Source: Octopus vulgaris
Lineage: Eukaryota
Length of the DNA: 64,000 nucleotides
NCBI GenBank assembly: GCA_951406725.2
Contig: OX597815.1
Coordinates: 115,568,001-115,632,000 of the forward strand
Direction: 5' to 3'
Shown here: positions 41,701-52,970 of the stretch, one piece after another
Position numbering within the stretch: the first letter of the stretch is position 1
Layout of the letters: each line of letters starts with the position of its first letter
Notes under the pieces: generated by a model
Seen by the model: the letters and a program-made list of their open reading frames with translations, nothing else
Told to the model about the DNA's origin: nothing
Databases searched by the model: none
Made by a program: the position numbers and the translations under genes

Positions 41701-44700
41701 AATGTTTCTTTAAATTTATCTTCAAATATTATTTGTTCTGTAGGACTTTTGCTATGAAAATGATTCTGGAAACTTTGATATGGTTGATATTGTAAATATG
41801 TGTGTGACTGTCATTGCATATTCTCCTGATTCCTTCCGGAGCTACCAAATGTTGGTAAGTTGAAATCTATAATTTATATAAGAAAAACAATTCCTAGAAC
41901 TTAGTTTTAACTCTGATCATTAGTTAAGTATCTAATACTAATGTTTCCAAGACAGGGTTCCTCACAATTATAGGATTCTACAAGAGGTTACTAGAAATTC
42001 CATGAGAAATAATGATGTATAAGCTAATAATATGCAAATGCATTTTTAGTCATTTTTATGTTTAATTCTTTTTTTTCTTATTTTATTTTATTATTCACAC
42101 TCAGTATATTCAAAATATTGGCATCTCTAGGTTGTAAAGAGTTCTTAATTGGGAATTGTAAGAGAATTTATTTAACCCTTTTGATATCAACCCACCTGAA
42201 ATCACCCCTGTTTCTATGAAGTTAATTCCTTATTTTCAAGTGATCTAAATTAAAATTTTACATTAAAATTTCATCTTAATTTATGTTCCACATGCCAATT
42301 TAACAATGACAAACAGATAGTTTACTAAATTCTTCATTATTTTCAAAATTATCTGAAACAAAGCCAGAGTATTTCATCAGAAATATGGTAAGAAAAATGT
42401 TGAAATTCCTTAAACCTTCTTTATGACATTTAATGAACTTAGCCCTGAAAAACTTTCAACAACAGTTTCATAACTTATTTAATCATCATCATCAGTGGTA
42501 GTAGCAGCATTTTAAGGATTAGTTTTCCATGCCTGCACAGACCAGATGAAACTTCATTGAAACCAAATTTTCTGCAGTGAGGTGTACTTCAGATGTCACC
42601 CCACCTTTGTTTCTAAGCAAGGGAATAATTTCTTCAATCTATCAAACAACAAACAGCCTAGACATGCTTTCATGATGGATTGCAAATAAATGTTGTTTAT
42701 ACAAATAGTGATAGATTGGTTTATAGTGCTTCTAATCATGTCAAGAATCTCAGACATATTTTTATGGTGGACTACAAACAACACTGGTTATATGAACAGT
42801 GAGGCTTTGCCCCTAGTCAACATGCACATACCAAGACAAGGAGTTTATTCACTCAATCATGCATGCACACACACACACAACAGGCTTCTTCCAATTCCAC
42901 CTTCCAAATTTCACTCATTAAGCATTGTGAAAGAGGAAACCAGCCAACAGCATACCTAAACACATGGGTCCATAGCAATCTTATTAAACACACAGCTACA
43001 CAAGCATCTCCTATGAAATTTAACTCTGTAAAAGAGAAAGAAAAGGATTAATATAGATAGTTAATAATATTTTCATGTGGTTTCCTGAGGCATAAATGTA
43101 TTTTAAATATTCCACCAGATTGGGAAATACTGATCTAAAATATTACACAACCTAAACTGGTTTTATGAAAATTATTTGCAAGAAAATTTTTTTTGTTTTT
43201 TCTTATAAAATTATAAATAAATTTAATAGATGTTTATGATCAAATTTAAATTGAACATGAGTATTTGTGTGTTCGTGCATGCATGCGTACATGCAGGCAT
43301 GTGTGTGTGTGTTGATGTACATGAGATGTTTATGATCAAATTTAAATTGAACATGAGTATTTGTGTCTTCATGCATGCATGTGTGCGTGCATGCATGTGT
43401 GCATGCATGCATGCGTGTCTGTGTTGATGTACATGAGAGATGTTTATGATCAAATTTAAATTGAACATGAGTATTTGTGTGCTCGTGCATGCATGTGTGT
43501 GTGTATTGATGTACATGAGAGATGAGGAAAAGAGAGTTATACAGAACATTCATTCAATATATCCACCCATACTTACACACTCTTGCACACACACACCACC
43601 ACCACCACCCATACACATACAAGTTTATATTCTCACATTTAAATGCATGTATAATGATTTCTCTCAGATTATCCTGGAAGTAGTTGTGCCAAGATTTTTG
43701 AAACATCTAAAGGAAGGAACTACGCAGAAAGAAAGCCTGAGTGCAGCTCAAGCAGAGATCCAAGCTATTACCAATATAGCTGTCTCAATAAGAGCCTTGA
43801 TTAATTCATGTGAAATATTCACAAGGTATGATAACCACTCTTTTCAACTCAATATAATTTTTGTTCTATTCTATTCATTTCATTATTAGATTTTGCTTCT
43901 TATTTTCCTTTCTAATTTTTGTTCCTTTTTAAACTTAAATTGCAGTTTTTTAATTTTCAGTTTCAAAAGTTAACCAGTTTCATAGCAGTGTGATTTTATT
44001 ACACCCAGCTGTGAAATATTTATTCGATAATCCATACAAATAACAAATGTTTGATTCAAACATAGATGAAAATGTTTGTGTTTTGTACAAATCTGTTATA
44101 TGTAACGGAAGCAGTATTAGATTAAAGTAGTCATCTGTGCATCATACTTAATATAAATACATTGTAAAAGGCAGGTTTATTCCAGCATTTATCCTGAGAT
44201 AATATTATGCTATGTTTAAAAACAGAAAATATATCAATGATGACAAATTTCCTCTTGGCAATGGTTAGCTGTGAGTATACACTATCGACAATGACCAATG
44301 AGGCAGAAATACATCTAGCATTCTCATCTACAGCTAGGATGATTTTGATCTACTACTAAAATATGCTGTGTTTTAAAACACAGCACTTCTATAAGAGATA
44401 TTATCTCAGGACAAATATCTCAGTAAATTGGCCTTTTGTGATATATTTACACTATGATATACTGATGACTATGTTAACGTTTTTTATTTTGTGTGTTGAG
44501 TATTTTTCAACATTTCTTATATAGCACTACTGTCTTTTAAGGAACTCATGCTGACAATAAAAACATACACTAGTTTTAGTTAATTTTATTATTAGTTAAC
44601 TAAGGCAGCAAGCTAGCAGAATCGTTAGAGCATCAGACAAAATGCCATACAATTTTTCTTATAATTCTTTATGTTCTGGTTTCATATCCTGCTGAGATCA

Positions 44701-47700
44701 ACTGTCTTTCATCTTTTTGGAGTCAATCAAGTACTGGGGTCAGTAGTATTGACTAACCTTCCCCTTAAAATTGCTGGTGTTGTATCTCAATCAGAAACTA
44801 TATTTAATTAATTTGTCACTCTTTTACTATCCAGCTATGGGATTTTCAGTGATTTTCTTTTTTTTTTTTCCTTTTTTCATTCTCTAATTTCTCTGACAGA
44901 AATATGAGTATTCCACAGCGTCACATGGAGGTTGTAAATGCAAGCATGAAACCTATGCAGAATCATACCAACTTCTCCACACAAACATCTGGATATTATT
45001 ATGATGATAAAGAAGAATCTCATACCAGGTCTGCAAAATGAATTCTCCAGTAAATTAATTTAGAACAGGAAATAATTTATAACCATGCTTAAATGTTGGT
45101 TTCTTGGTTCACTACATCCTAATATTCTAGAGGAATGAGAGAAATGGGAAATTGTGATGTTTATGCCTTTTAGAAGAAGCATAAATAAAATAAATTAATC
45201 TAGCATGGGCTGAATTGTTAGAGCACCAGAAAGAACACTTTGAGTATTTGTTCCTATTTTCTGCACTCTAAGTTCAAATCCTGCCAAGGCCAAGGCTTTT
45301 CATCTTTACAGAGTCAATAAAAATATACCAATCTTGAACATTGGATTGGTGGGACTGTAAGAATGTTAAACTCGATGTCTTGCAGTATCTGTCCCACTAT
45401 TTTGCCTTCTATGTACAGTCCCATCAATCCAATGTCCTGAATTGGTATATTTTTATCAACCTTACAAAGATGAAAAGCAAAGTGACCTTGGTCAGATTTG
45501 AACAGAGACTATGGAGAATAGGAAGAAATACTGCAAGAAGAAATACTGATAGGTGCTTTAGCAATTCATCCAATACTAATTTAGTCTATTTTACCTATTC
45601 TATTTAATACATTTGTAAAAGACAAAAGTATCACAATTTCCCATTTCCCTCATTCCTCTAGAATCTTAGTATATAGTGTTCTACTTGGGTGGTAGATCTA
45701 AACCCTCACCCAGTTTAACACCATTTCCTGACATCTTGAGCACTTTTAGTGGAGTCCACTTTATTGCAAGCATCCAAACTATATCTCCAGTTTGGGGATA
45801 CCTTCTTCTCTCTGTCTTCCACCAGTCTCAAAGGCCTTGTAAAGGCCACTGCCTACACTCCTGACATAAAGATGAATAAATTGAGCATAAATTGGATTGC
45901 AGTCTAAACCGGCCAAAAGCTTACAGCTTCTAAGGATTTTCTACATTTTTTTAATATATTGATTTTATATAATTTTACTATCTGTAGAAGGTGCTTAGTG
46001 GATAGAAAATTGGGTCAGTAATCTCATTTTGATTGCTAATTGGAATTGCTTGGAAAATGCATGAATATGAGTATCCTACAATCTTAGTTCTACTATAAAC
46101 TGAAGGCTGTATGCCTGTTTAAACCATGTACATTGATCATCTTTTCTTGTTTCTGTTTTTGTTTGAAATTTAATCTAGAAAGAGATACAGTTATATCTGT
46201 TTATAAGCTATAGATCACTGGTTCAAACTGGTATGGGGAAGTCTGATTTGAGTTATGTTATTTTTCAATCTGTTTGATGGGAGATTTGAAATTTAAAGTT
46301 AAAATGGAAATATTTTCATTAGCTGAAATCAGTGATTTAGTGGTTGTAAAGTCAATGAGCAATTAAAGACGTTTATAGATCCACGTTAATAAAAATTTCT
46401 GCTTTTTCATTAAATTTTTATTTAAGTTCAAATTTCAATTTTGAATTTTTTCTTTTCAATATTTTTATTTATTTATTTATTTTTACTTCAATTTCAGTTT
46501 TATCAATTTGAAATTTCAAAACAAAATTACTAGAAAAAGAACACAAATAAAAACTAGTATCAAATTTTATCAATTTAACTGCTTCCATATATCATCATCA
46601 TCGTCGTCGTCGTCATCATCATGCTGGGTATCATGGAACACATTATTACTTGCCATAATCTATATTTATTGTAAAATATTCCCATTCTGTTGAGCAATGA
46701 TGAATCTTACAAATAACATCCAGTTATAAAAATAACTTCAAAATATGAAAATACTTTAAATTATAATTACGTTATGTAAAAGATCAAAATAATTATTCTG
46801 TTCTTAAATTAGTATTGTGGTGTACAAAATCTTAATATTTAATGATGTGACAAACACCACAGAACGTGAGCTTCCAGTGAGTCACATCTGCAAACCTGTT
46901 GCTGGTTTTTCACCAGAGCAATTCCCTTCACTTAATCTGCTAATTCTGGTAAGAAAGACATGAAACCATCACACAGTATCAGTTCCCTTCTACTTTATTA
47001 TGAAATCATTAATATTACTTTTATGTTTTTATTTATATTTTATGTCTTCAGCCGTGTTGGAGATGATGGCAGAAAGAAAGGATATGTGCCTGATGATGAT
47101 GTTGATGCCAAGCAGGAATTTCGTAAACCCCGAGATACCTTGCTATTCATTTCCTCTGAGTTTTTCTCCAACTGTCACTTCCGTCTACGTGAATTGCGAA
47201 AAAAGAAGGCTGACCCCTCACTCCGTCCTGCTGATAAACCACCTGAGCTATTTGACTCTAAAACACATAATGTAAGTGAAGAACTAGGCAGAAGATCTAT
47301 TTAGAATTGCTTTACCTTGTAAATATTACAAGTTGTCATCAGGAAAATTGAACTATATCTTTTGTCTTATACCTGTGTCAGTCATTGGATTGTTGCTATC
47401 TTGGGGCACTGTATTGAAGGATTTTCACAAACAGATCAATCCAAGTACTTACTTTGTAAGTCTGATACTTATTCTATTGATTTCTTTTGCTGGACTGCTA
47501 CGTTTCAGTGATATAAACAAGCTAACACCTATTTCTGAAACAGTTGGGTGACATGCACACTTTTACATATATGGCATTAGGAAGGGCATCCAAATGTAGA
47601 AACCATGCCAAAGCTGACAGTTGAGGTTGGTACAGTCCTCAGGCCTGCCAGCTCCTGTCAAACCATGCAACCCATGCTGGCATGGAAATCAGATGTTAAA

Positions 47701-50035
47701 TGAAGAGGATGATGATACATACACATATATACATATACTCATATGGTGGGCTTCCACACGGTTCCCATCTCTCAAATCCTCTCTCATGACATTGTTAGCC
47801 CAGGGGTATAGTAAAAGACACTTGCTCAAGGTACCATGCAGTGGGGCTGAACCTAAAACCAGGTGATTGCAAAGTAAGCTACTTAACCACACAGTCCCAA
47901 ACGTATTTCTTAAAAATTTAATCTCAATAATTTTTATTTAAAAATGTCATTTTATTTATTTATATATTTATTTTAATTCTCCAGCGCCTTGCTGAAATTG
48001 CTCATACATTATTGAAGCTAGCTCCATATGACCCCTACAGCATATCTTGCCCGGGATTACAAAGGTATGTTGAATGGTTTAAGTTTTTGTAATATTTTCT
48101 ATCTGGATCCAACTTAGCATATATTTGACATTATAACTGATATATATGATATGTACTTATTTAACTATTACACTGTGTAACACGATTTTGTCCTTGGGTA
48201 GCATCTGTTATTTCCTTCAAACTTTGCTTTTGTTACTTTTATTCAAACCCTAAAGCATCCCTCTCAGCACATGGCTACGATGCTCCCCCACTGCTTCTGC
48301 AAATGATCAGAGATGCACATATTGTCATGCTCAAGTGGTTAAGGTCAAGCTGGTAACAAGCAAATCTGTGGTATTGCTATAATATTTCTGCTTCAGCAAC
48401 TCAGCCCTGAATCTCTCTGAAATGTAATGGAAAATAGGTCAATTTCAAAACATTTATGTCCAGATAGAAAGCAAATAGGAAATAATACCAAAACCCCCCA
48501 AAAATCACAATTTGGTTACATAGTGTTATATATATATATATATATATTTAACTTTCATTACGCTTAGTCAACCTAGTCATCATAAAAATAAATACCAATT
48601 CTAGTAGAGAGATGAATTGGTTAAGTACAGAGTGATGTTACAGAATGGTGGCACAACAATCCACTGATTTCCTTTCAGTTTTTTTTTCTAATCATATTTG
48701 CTTGTTCTGCTGCAGGAATAAGTGAACAAAAAAAGTTTGGTGTCTTACCCATAATACAATGAAATGCTTGTCACTAGATGTGAATACCCAAAATATCCTT
48801 TTCCTTTATTGTTATCTCTTTATTATGAGGATATCACAATATCATGAAATCATGGTATTGACCAGACTATCGGATGTTGTTATACATTGTTGGTCACAAT
48901 GTGCTTCACATTGTTTTGGCTTTTGAATGATTCTACCCTACTGGCTAGGCAAGCAGGCCAATTCCCCTTGATCAGAAGTCCATTCCATCACAGGGTGACC
49001 GTTTTACAGCTAAGTGAACTTGAACAACATGAAATGAAATGTTTTAATCAAGAACACAATATGTTATCTGGCTCAGGAATCGAACCCATGATCTAGCAAT
49101 CCTGAGTGCAATACCCTAGCCAATAGGCCATGCACTTTCACATCATAAAGATATGGGTAACTAATAATAGTGAGGAAGTTAAAGTTATTACAAATGAAAA
49201 TATTTTGTAACCATTGCAGTTGTAACTCCCAATAAAGAATTGATGCTAAAATAATGTTGCAAACCCTCTTCCCTGTTCAAGCTGGTGATGACAGGTGAAC
49301 CCACAGGTTGGTATAATGGCTCTGTTTAGAAGTTGAAATGAAGTTAAAATTCAGCTCAGCATTTGCTTAGCACCACATCAAGTAAAAATAATTAAAATAA
49401 TTTATTGTTTTTTCTTTCTATCTATATTTTTTTGTTATCACTAGATTGTGACCCATCTATGAAACAACACTGGCTGGCACTTGGTTGCCTTTAACTGATT
49501 TCCTTCTGTTATAACCACTCAGTTTAGAGACAGATTGAACTCTGAGGATGAGTCTCCTCAGTCTATGTGCAATAAACCTTTTTTGTTAGACATAACAATA
49601 AATTACTAACAAAAATACACACATACAGGTATAAAAAAAAACAGCATGTAAGTATTGGGTTGAAAAACTTTTCTGGATAGAAAAAAAAATCAAAGGCTTC
49701 AACTTTTTTATATCCAAACAGATTTTACAACTCAATATTTACATGCTATTTGTAGCTTTATGTGCGTCAAGATCTGTTGTTCCAAAAAAGAATTATTTCA
49801 TGTTCTCTCAAAAGTTTGTAAATTCTTTTTGACATTGAAACGATATACAAGTACTTGTTTTCCTCTGCAAATGTGACAAATGATTGTTGTCTTGTATTTT
49901 TTATTCATTAGTTACATGGTCCATGTCCTGCCAATAACTGACTGGTCCCAAGAACAAATTCGGCCTGCTTTAATTCTCATACTCCGCAGACTGGACAGAC
50001 TTTTCAGTAAAGTTTCAAAAAAGTTGTTGGTTAGG
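20945..50035 (+). CDS. unc80: Protein unc-80 homolog, partial (21 internal exons, ~780 aa; gene extends past both ends of the window)
   Basis: Manually spliced exons, all AG/GT-flanked with consistent phases, give a stop-free frame. Motifs recalled from human/fly UNC80: LFLRHFLEKLT, YFKDLKQTLRKEQCD, IPSQFPIQEDT, LPTFPRKALEAEF, QFYILHRKPFILQMFGS, EKPLKALDFCY, AHTLLKLAPYDP, LILRRLDRLF. Confidence 0.95.
21577..21677 (+). CDS. unc80: unc-80 exon 2: VADTARNVIWKCLVDDPALFLRHFLEKLTNKDRQ
   Basis: ttcAG acceptor, CAG|GTAAA donor, phase 1-0. Confidence 0.93.
21866..22090 (+). mobile_element. piggyBac-like MITE (CCCTTAGCATT...AATGCTATAGG)
   Basis: Imperfect TIRs, TTAA at the right end; paralog at 55813-56555. 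Confidence 0.6.
22450..22512. repeat. (CT)n microsatellite
   Basis: Direct observation. Confidence 0.95.
22550..23250 (-). mobile_element. Degenerate Tx1/L1-like RT fragment
   Basis: Minus strand VCQGYPLSSLLYVL (cf. RQGCPLSPLLY) and VSVYANKITI (decayed YADD motif). Confidence 0.5.
24221..24307 (+). CDS. unc80: unc-80 exon 3: EELIFLLRKLLLYFRDLPAQMAHSLFNYL
   Basis: ttttacAG / TTG|GTATG, 87 nt, phase 0-0. Confidence 0.93.
25266..25349 (+). CDS. unc80: unc-80 exon 4: IGYVIFYVRTPSEGGKECIAGALSLLWQ
   Basis: ttgtAG / CAG|GTTTG, 84 nt. Confidence 0.93.
25774..25842 (+). CDS. unc80: unc-80 exon 5: IIPSVEEIYFKDLKQTLRKEQCD
   Basis: cttAG / GAT|GTAAGT, 69 nt. Confidence 0.93.
26480..26800 (+). mobile_element. 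Degenerate Penelope-like element ORF fragment
   Basis: Near 26693 reads DDFVIKLTDKVRVVIV, a decayed form of the PLE motif DIVIKPADKGGAVVV. Confidence 0.45.
27464..27562 (+). CDS. unc80: unc-80 exon 6: PFLLVSSNVPSAKKIIVHGPDLASIPSQFPIQE
   Basis: ttttcAG / GAG|GTAAT, 99 nt. Confidence 0.92.
28676..28772 (+). CDS. unc80: unc-80 exon 7: DTKFSQILTDSLDFFNIPEDQHNSYFIVDTKS
   Basis: ttccAG / CAA|GTAAG, phase 0-1. Confidence 0.92.
28818..29270 (-). mobile_element. Two nested tRNA-derived SINEs (Meta-domain-like central region)
   Basis: Outer copy is interrupted at 28986-~29209 by a related SINE, flanked by acagatgaaatacc / acagacaaaatacc. Confidence 0.8.
29569..29690 (+). CDS. unc80: unc-80 exon 8: NHMHNLNSYVRDFYFFHRNIYPQLSLVHMNPDAAFQSLQKQ
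   Basis: tttcAG / CAG|GTAC, phase 1-0. Confidence 0.92.
30898..30975 (+). CDS. unc80: unc-80 exon 9: AFVLKFVEFGKVLFSNAVLQSTQSHQ
   Basis: ttgtAG / CAG|GTAAA, 78 nt. Confidence 0.92.
31249..31356 (+). CDS. unc80: unc-80 exon 10: LQNHVSFLHEEFMKLPTFPRKALEAEFNLYCGNWGK
   Basis: ttttAG / AAG|GTATG, 108 nt. Confidence 0.93.
31865..32190 (+). mobile_element. CR1/Crack-group LINE 3' fragment
   Basis: Reads NLRNLHKVDVGVFKSKLDLFLLKVPDEP, a typical C-terminus; A-rich tail. Confidence 0.55.
32798..32842 (+). CDS. unc80: unc-80 exon 11: ELYGMDTLHKYSWVK
   Basis: attAG / AAA|GTGAGT, 45 nt; resembles ELFGLDTLQK..W of UNC80. Confidence 0.9.
34995..35179 (+). CDS. unc80: unc-80 exon 12: LINTMFSSMSKTFNWSNDLPLFLNVLNGTIVLHCEDTAVLRNCLAILINTSKHFKHIFSTSG
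   Basis: polyT-ccAG / GG|GTATGT, phase 0-2. Confidence 0.94.
35645..36285 (-). mobile_element. SINE with (GAT)n tail and internal tandem duplications; shorter relatives near 6700-6830, 8520-8640, 23822-24070, 37370-37470, 41000-41180, 47570-47720, 53205-53360
   Basis: Shared catcatcgtttaacgtc..ttttccatgctggcatgggttggacgg..ggatgcccttcctaatgccaaccact; duplicated blocks at ~35990-36115 and ~36160-36285. Confidence 0.75.
36930..37059 (+). CDS. unc80: unc-80 exon 13: FLHIMPTILRVYSNNQPNTVLCKAIEFTCRQFYILHRKPFILQ
   Basis: ttccAG / CAG|GTATAG, phase 2-0. Confidence 0.94.
37671..37714 (-). ncRNA. Minimal type I hammerhead ribozyme motif (antisense copy)
   Basis: Exact reverse complement of 38589-38632. 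Confidence 0.7.
38589..38632 (+). ncRNA. Minimal type I hammerhead ribozyme motif
   Basis: CCAC-CTGAAGA-t-TGTC-ggtagca-GACA-t-GAAA-CAATTG-TA^-GTGG: 4-bp stem I, 4-bp stem II, palindromic stem III, GUA triplet. Confidence 0.72.
39421..39489 (+). CDS. unc80: unc-80 exon 14: MFGSTAPILDMDSCVTRVFDCNK
   Basis: ttttcAG / AAG|GTAAA, 69 nt. Confidence 0.92.
39687..39794 (+). CDS. unc80: unc-80 exon 15: IQPECLFRIILDIGHSVNDNLDILDLVTGEKPLKAL
   Basis: ttccAG / CTA|GTAAGT, 108 nt. Confidence 0.93.
40150..40785 (-). mobile_element. CR1-group LINE, 5'-truncated, ORF2 C-terminus intact
   Basis: ORF 40255-40824: LYIAMVRPHLEFASPVWNPY..DINRLEAVQRRATKRI...TRGHIYK...FF..RVAEAWNKLP. Confidence 0.9.
41744..41854 (+). 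CDS. unc80: unc-80 exon 16: DFCYENDSGNFDMVDIVNMCVTVIAYSPDSFRSYQML
   Basis: ctgtAG / TTG|GTAAGT, 111 nt. Confidence 0.93.
42172..42402 (+). mobile_element. piggyBac-like MITE (TTAA-CCCTTTTG...)
   Basis: TTAACCCTTT left end; paralog at 16393-16609. Confidence 0.55.
43228..43520. repeat. ~100-bp tandem repeat, 3 copies
   Basis: Unit agatgtttatgatcaaatttaaattgaacatgagtatttgtgt...(tgca)n...gatgtacatg. Confidence 0.9.
43668..43825 (+). CDS. unc80: unc-80 exon 17: IILEVVVPRFLKHLKEGTTQKESLSAAQAEIQAITNIAVSIRALINSCEIFTR
   Basis: ctctcAG / AAG|GTATG, phase 0-2. Confidence 0.92.
44900..45028 (+). CDS. unc80: unc-80 exon 18 (poorly conserved linker): NMSIPQRHMEVVNASMKPMQNHTNFSTQTSGYYYDDKEESHTS
   Basis: Long pyrimidine tract + gacAG / CAG|GTCTG, phase 2-2, stop-free. 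Confidence 0.82.
47052..47271 (+). CDS. unc80: unc-80 exon 19: RVGDDGRKKGYVPDDDVDAKQEFRKPRDTLLFISSEFFSNCHFRLRELRKKKADPSLRPADKPPELFDSKTHN
   Basis: cttcAG / AAT|GTAAGT, phase 2-0; EFRxPRDxLL motif. Confidence 0.92.
47745..47895 (-). mobile_element. CORE-type tRNA SINE (relatives near 6340-6480, 33450-33550, 33810-33950)
   Basis: Minus strand has a tRNA head tgtgtggttaagtagct...ggttcagccccactgcatggtaccttgagcaagtgtct (CORE-like). Confidence 0.6.
47985..48064 (+). CDS. unc80: unc-80 exon 20: RLAEIAHTLLKLAPYDPYSISCPGLQS
   Basis: tctccAG / AAG|GTATG, phase 0-2. Confidence 0.93.
48171..48525. mobile_element. Tc1/mariner-like MITE
   Basis: Imperfect TIRs CACTGTGTAACACGATTTTG / CACAATTTGGTTACATAGTG, preceded by TA. 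Confidence 0.55.
49912..50035 (+). CDS. unc80: unc-80 exon 21: YMVHVLPITDWSQEQIRPALILILRRLDRLFSKVSKKLLVR
   Basis: cattAG / AGG|GTAAGT, phase 2-0. Confidence 0.93.
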
Positions 50036-50384
50036 GTAAGTATTTTCTCATACTTTTCTCTATCAGCTTTCTGATTTTCAATGCTTCCAAGGTTTATTAT
50101 GCTTATCTTTTCTTATTAACCTAACACTATTTTGGTTAAGTTGTTTTTTGTTGTTTTCTTATCACCCTCAATATATCAGAAGATGTCACATTGCATTGGA
50201 ATTTAACCTCATGTTCAAGGTTTTTTTTATGTGAATGAGAGGCATTTCTTCTGATTATATGACCATTTCATTGCAGATTTTGATCCTAAGATAATTTGAA
50301 TCCAGCTCTATAAGTTTCAGTAAACATTTAGCATTTAATTACATAGAATTCTTGTTAACAAATTGTAGTTTTTCACATGTTTAA

Positions 50385-51826
50385 CACTTTAACCATATCG
50401 TATGCCATATATAGTACACGGGTAACTGACCCAACCTGCACCATGTACCACTATTGATACACAGTATAAATTTTAAAAAAATTTTTAAACTGATATTCTA
50501 ATGAACTCAGTTGTTATTATACATGATTTTTGCAAATTTATAATATTGTTACGGTTGGCTAAGTGCATTTCGGGTTTAATTAGTGTAGTGTTTCTGGTGA
50601 CCCACATCGTGGATATGGTTCCAGTATGTCTGGTGAAAATGTGACAGTCTTTTGTCTAATGGAGGACTAATGGGTTTTGGAATGACCTGTGACCTCGTGC
50701 GGCTGAGGAGAGGGTCAGGAGAATGTGAAAGAAGGGGGACAGATTAAGGGCTGAGAGCAGATAGAGATAGAGTATAAGCAGTAAGGGACGGATGGAGAGG
50801 CTAAGAGTCTGGCAGGCGATAGCGATGGAGTAAGAGCAGAGGGCAAATAGAAAGGATAAGCAGTAAGGGACAGATAGAGAGGCTAAGGGATTGAGGCGAT
50901 ATAGATAGAGTAAGGAATCAGAGAGCAGTTAGAAAGGGTAGGAGCGATATAGACAGAGGGAGATGAGGGAGTGGAAGTCAGGACAAGGAAGTGAGGTTCT
51001 GGGCAGTCGTTGAGCGGTCGTCGAGGAACACGGACGGACTCTGGAGGTCAGAGCGAGTGGATGGAACCTTGGATTTAAGGAACAAGCGTTGGAATTCTTA
51101 GGAGCAAGTTGGATGCGAGAAAGCTTGGCGGCACAGAAGGGAATTAGCAGTATTCAGAGGAATTAGCAGTATTGAGAGGAATGGGACACTGGCAGATTCA
51201 ATTAGGAACTGAGGTATGTGATTTGTGTATTGAACAGTCAAGGACTCTGTCGATGTGGTCGATAAAGGACATTGTGAAGAAGAAGAGTAAAGGACTTGTT
51301 ATTTGTGATGTTTAGAAAAAGAGACTTTAGAGAACTGTGTCTTCGGACGTGTACCTTTGAAATACTGTATATGACTTGTTGCGTCTCCGGACTGATATAT
51401 TGTTACATGATGTTGTATTATGTATTGAGTAGTCACGTGCATGCTTTGATGTATCTTGATGTTGTAACATTGTAATTGCCGTATAAACTGTTGTTTGAAT
51501 ATAAGCCAGTGTTGCCAGTTGTTGCCTTGCCTCTTTGGGTTGTATCTCGGGTTGTGCCTCTGTATCTCTGTGCTGTTGAGGTTGTGGCAGTATCTATCTG
51601 TATCTCCTCTCTCCGCCTCTTTGGGTTCCGTGGCGGAACTAGTGTGTGAGCCATTCGGGACGAGCGACGACGGCGGGCGATTCCAGTCCGTTTCGTAACA
51701 ATATATATTCCAGTTTCATTATCAAAACGTATCTATAATAATGAAGTAAAATAAGTAATAAGAAAAAGCAACTGAACAAGATGCTGGTGATGCTTAATGG
51801 CTAAACTCAGAGATGTGTTTAAAGTG
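50385..51826. mobile_element. piggyBac-like MITE interrupted by a solo LTR
   Basis: TTAA at 50381-84 and 51827-30; TIRs CACTTTAACCATATC vs CACTTTAAACACATC (13/15). Confidence 0.75.
50547..51700 (+). mobile_element. Solo LTR (Gypsy-like), 1154 bp
   Basis: TGTTACG...CGTAACA inverted termini, 4-bp TSD ATAT, GC/CpG-rich relative to the flanks, internal GA-rich repeats; strand tentative. Confidence 0.85.
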
Positions 51827-51899
51827 TTAAAAGTTTAATGGTTTTCTAGCAGTTAACATTCAGACATTATCTAGAAAGCATTGCATAAATACAAAAAAA

Positions 51900-52970
51900 A
51901 GAGGAACATACTAATCAGAAATTTAGTTTGGATATTCTAGAAAATATCTCAAATTATTGTAAGAACATCTATAATGGCCTTATACTACAGTGTAACTGAA
52001 TGCTGTTCCACAGTATGGACATATAATGCCTATATGAATACTGACAACCAGTAAAATCAAATTATGTCAATTGTATCTAGTGCCATTTAATTATATCTTT
52101 GATGTTGTCGCAATAATAAGTGCAACTGTTCCACTTCTTGTCCACTGAGAGAAGACCATTCAAAAACAGCACCATCATATGAGAAACACAAATACTGTCA
52201 GACTTTTTAAACAAATAACTGATACAGCATCCATTATCTCATGGCTATAATCAAGAACACATTTCTATATATCAGTAAAAGTGAACTTCAGTGCTAATGA
52301 AGCCTTGTGTGGTGAGTGTAGAGAGCATCCTCCCAGCTACAAGTTCAGAACCAGTAAGACCTGGTTGGGGACCCAACTGAACCACTGCCCGGTTTCTATT
52401 ATCCAAACAGAAAGTATATAGAATTCAGCTGAGGTTAGTTTATGGCAGACCACAATTAATCTACATCAACAGAGATATTATGATTCTCTATATATATCAA
52501 GGATGTCAAATATACCCACTATACACCAACCACCTTGTGTTGTACACAGGGGCATAGCTAAGGTGGGGCAAGCAGGGCACATGTCCTGAGCATCATTTTG
52601 AGAGGGGTGCAATTTTGGCCAAGATCATTTTCTAATTAAGCCATTAAAAAAAAGTTTAAACCTTTTCAAGCATGGTTTGTTTTACTTATCACCATCCATG
52701 CTACTGGACTCCTTTTTTATGCAAGTTTCCACTTTTCGATTGGGGGTGGGGGCACAATTTTGATGCTTGTTCTGGGTACCATTTACCATAGCTACACTCA
52801 TGGTTGTACTGTCTAGTTACTTTGATCCTGATGGGAACAATCTATAAAACTAATGGCGAATACATCAACTGGGTTTCACATGTAAATTTGGAGATGTGAA
52901 AAACATCATTGAAGCAACTAATCTACAGTAACCTATTCAACTAAAAGTTTATGTTGATGTTGAATACCTC
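51900..52970 (+). mobile_element. Decayed Ingi/Vingi-like LINE 3' portion, split by a MITE
   Basis: Reads RTSIMALYYSVTECCSTVW and LVGDPTEPLPGF, resembling Vingi C-terminal motifs. Confidence 0.45.
52547..52802. mobile_element. hAT-like MITE with 8-bp TSD
   Basis: CAGGGGCATAGCTA...TAGCTACACTCATG TIRs; flanks gttgtaca / gttgtact. Confidence 0.75.

Noticed and set aside
43228-43520. Repeat-spacer pattern resembling CRISPR
   Set aside because: Eukaryotic intron; the spacers are related microsatellite-like variants; no cas genes.
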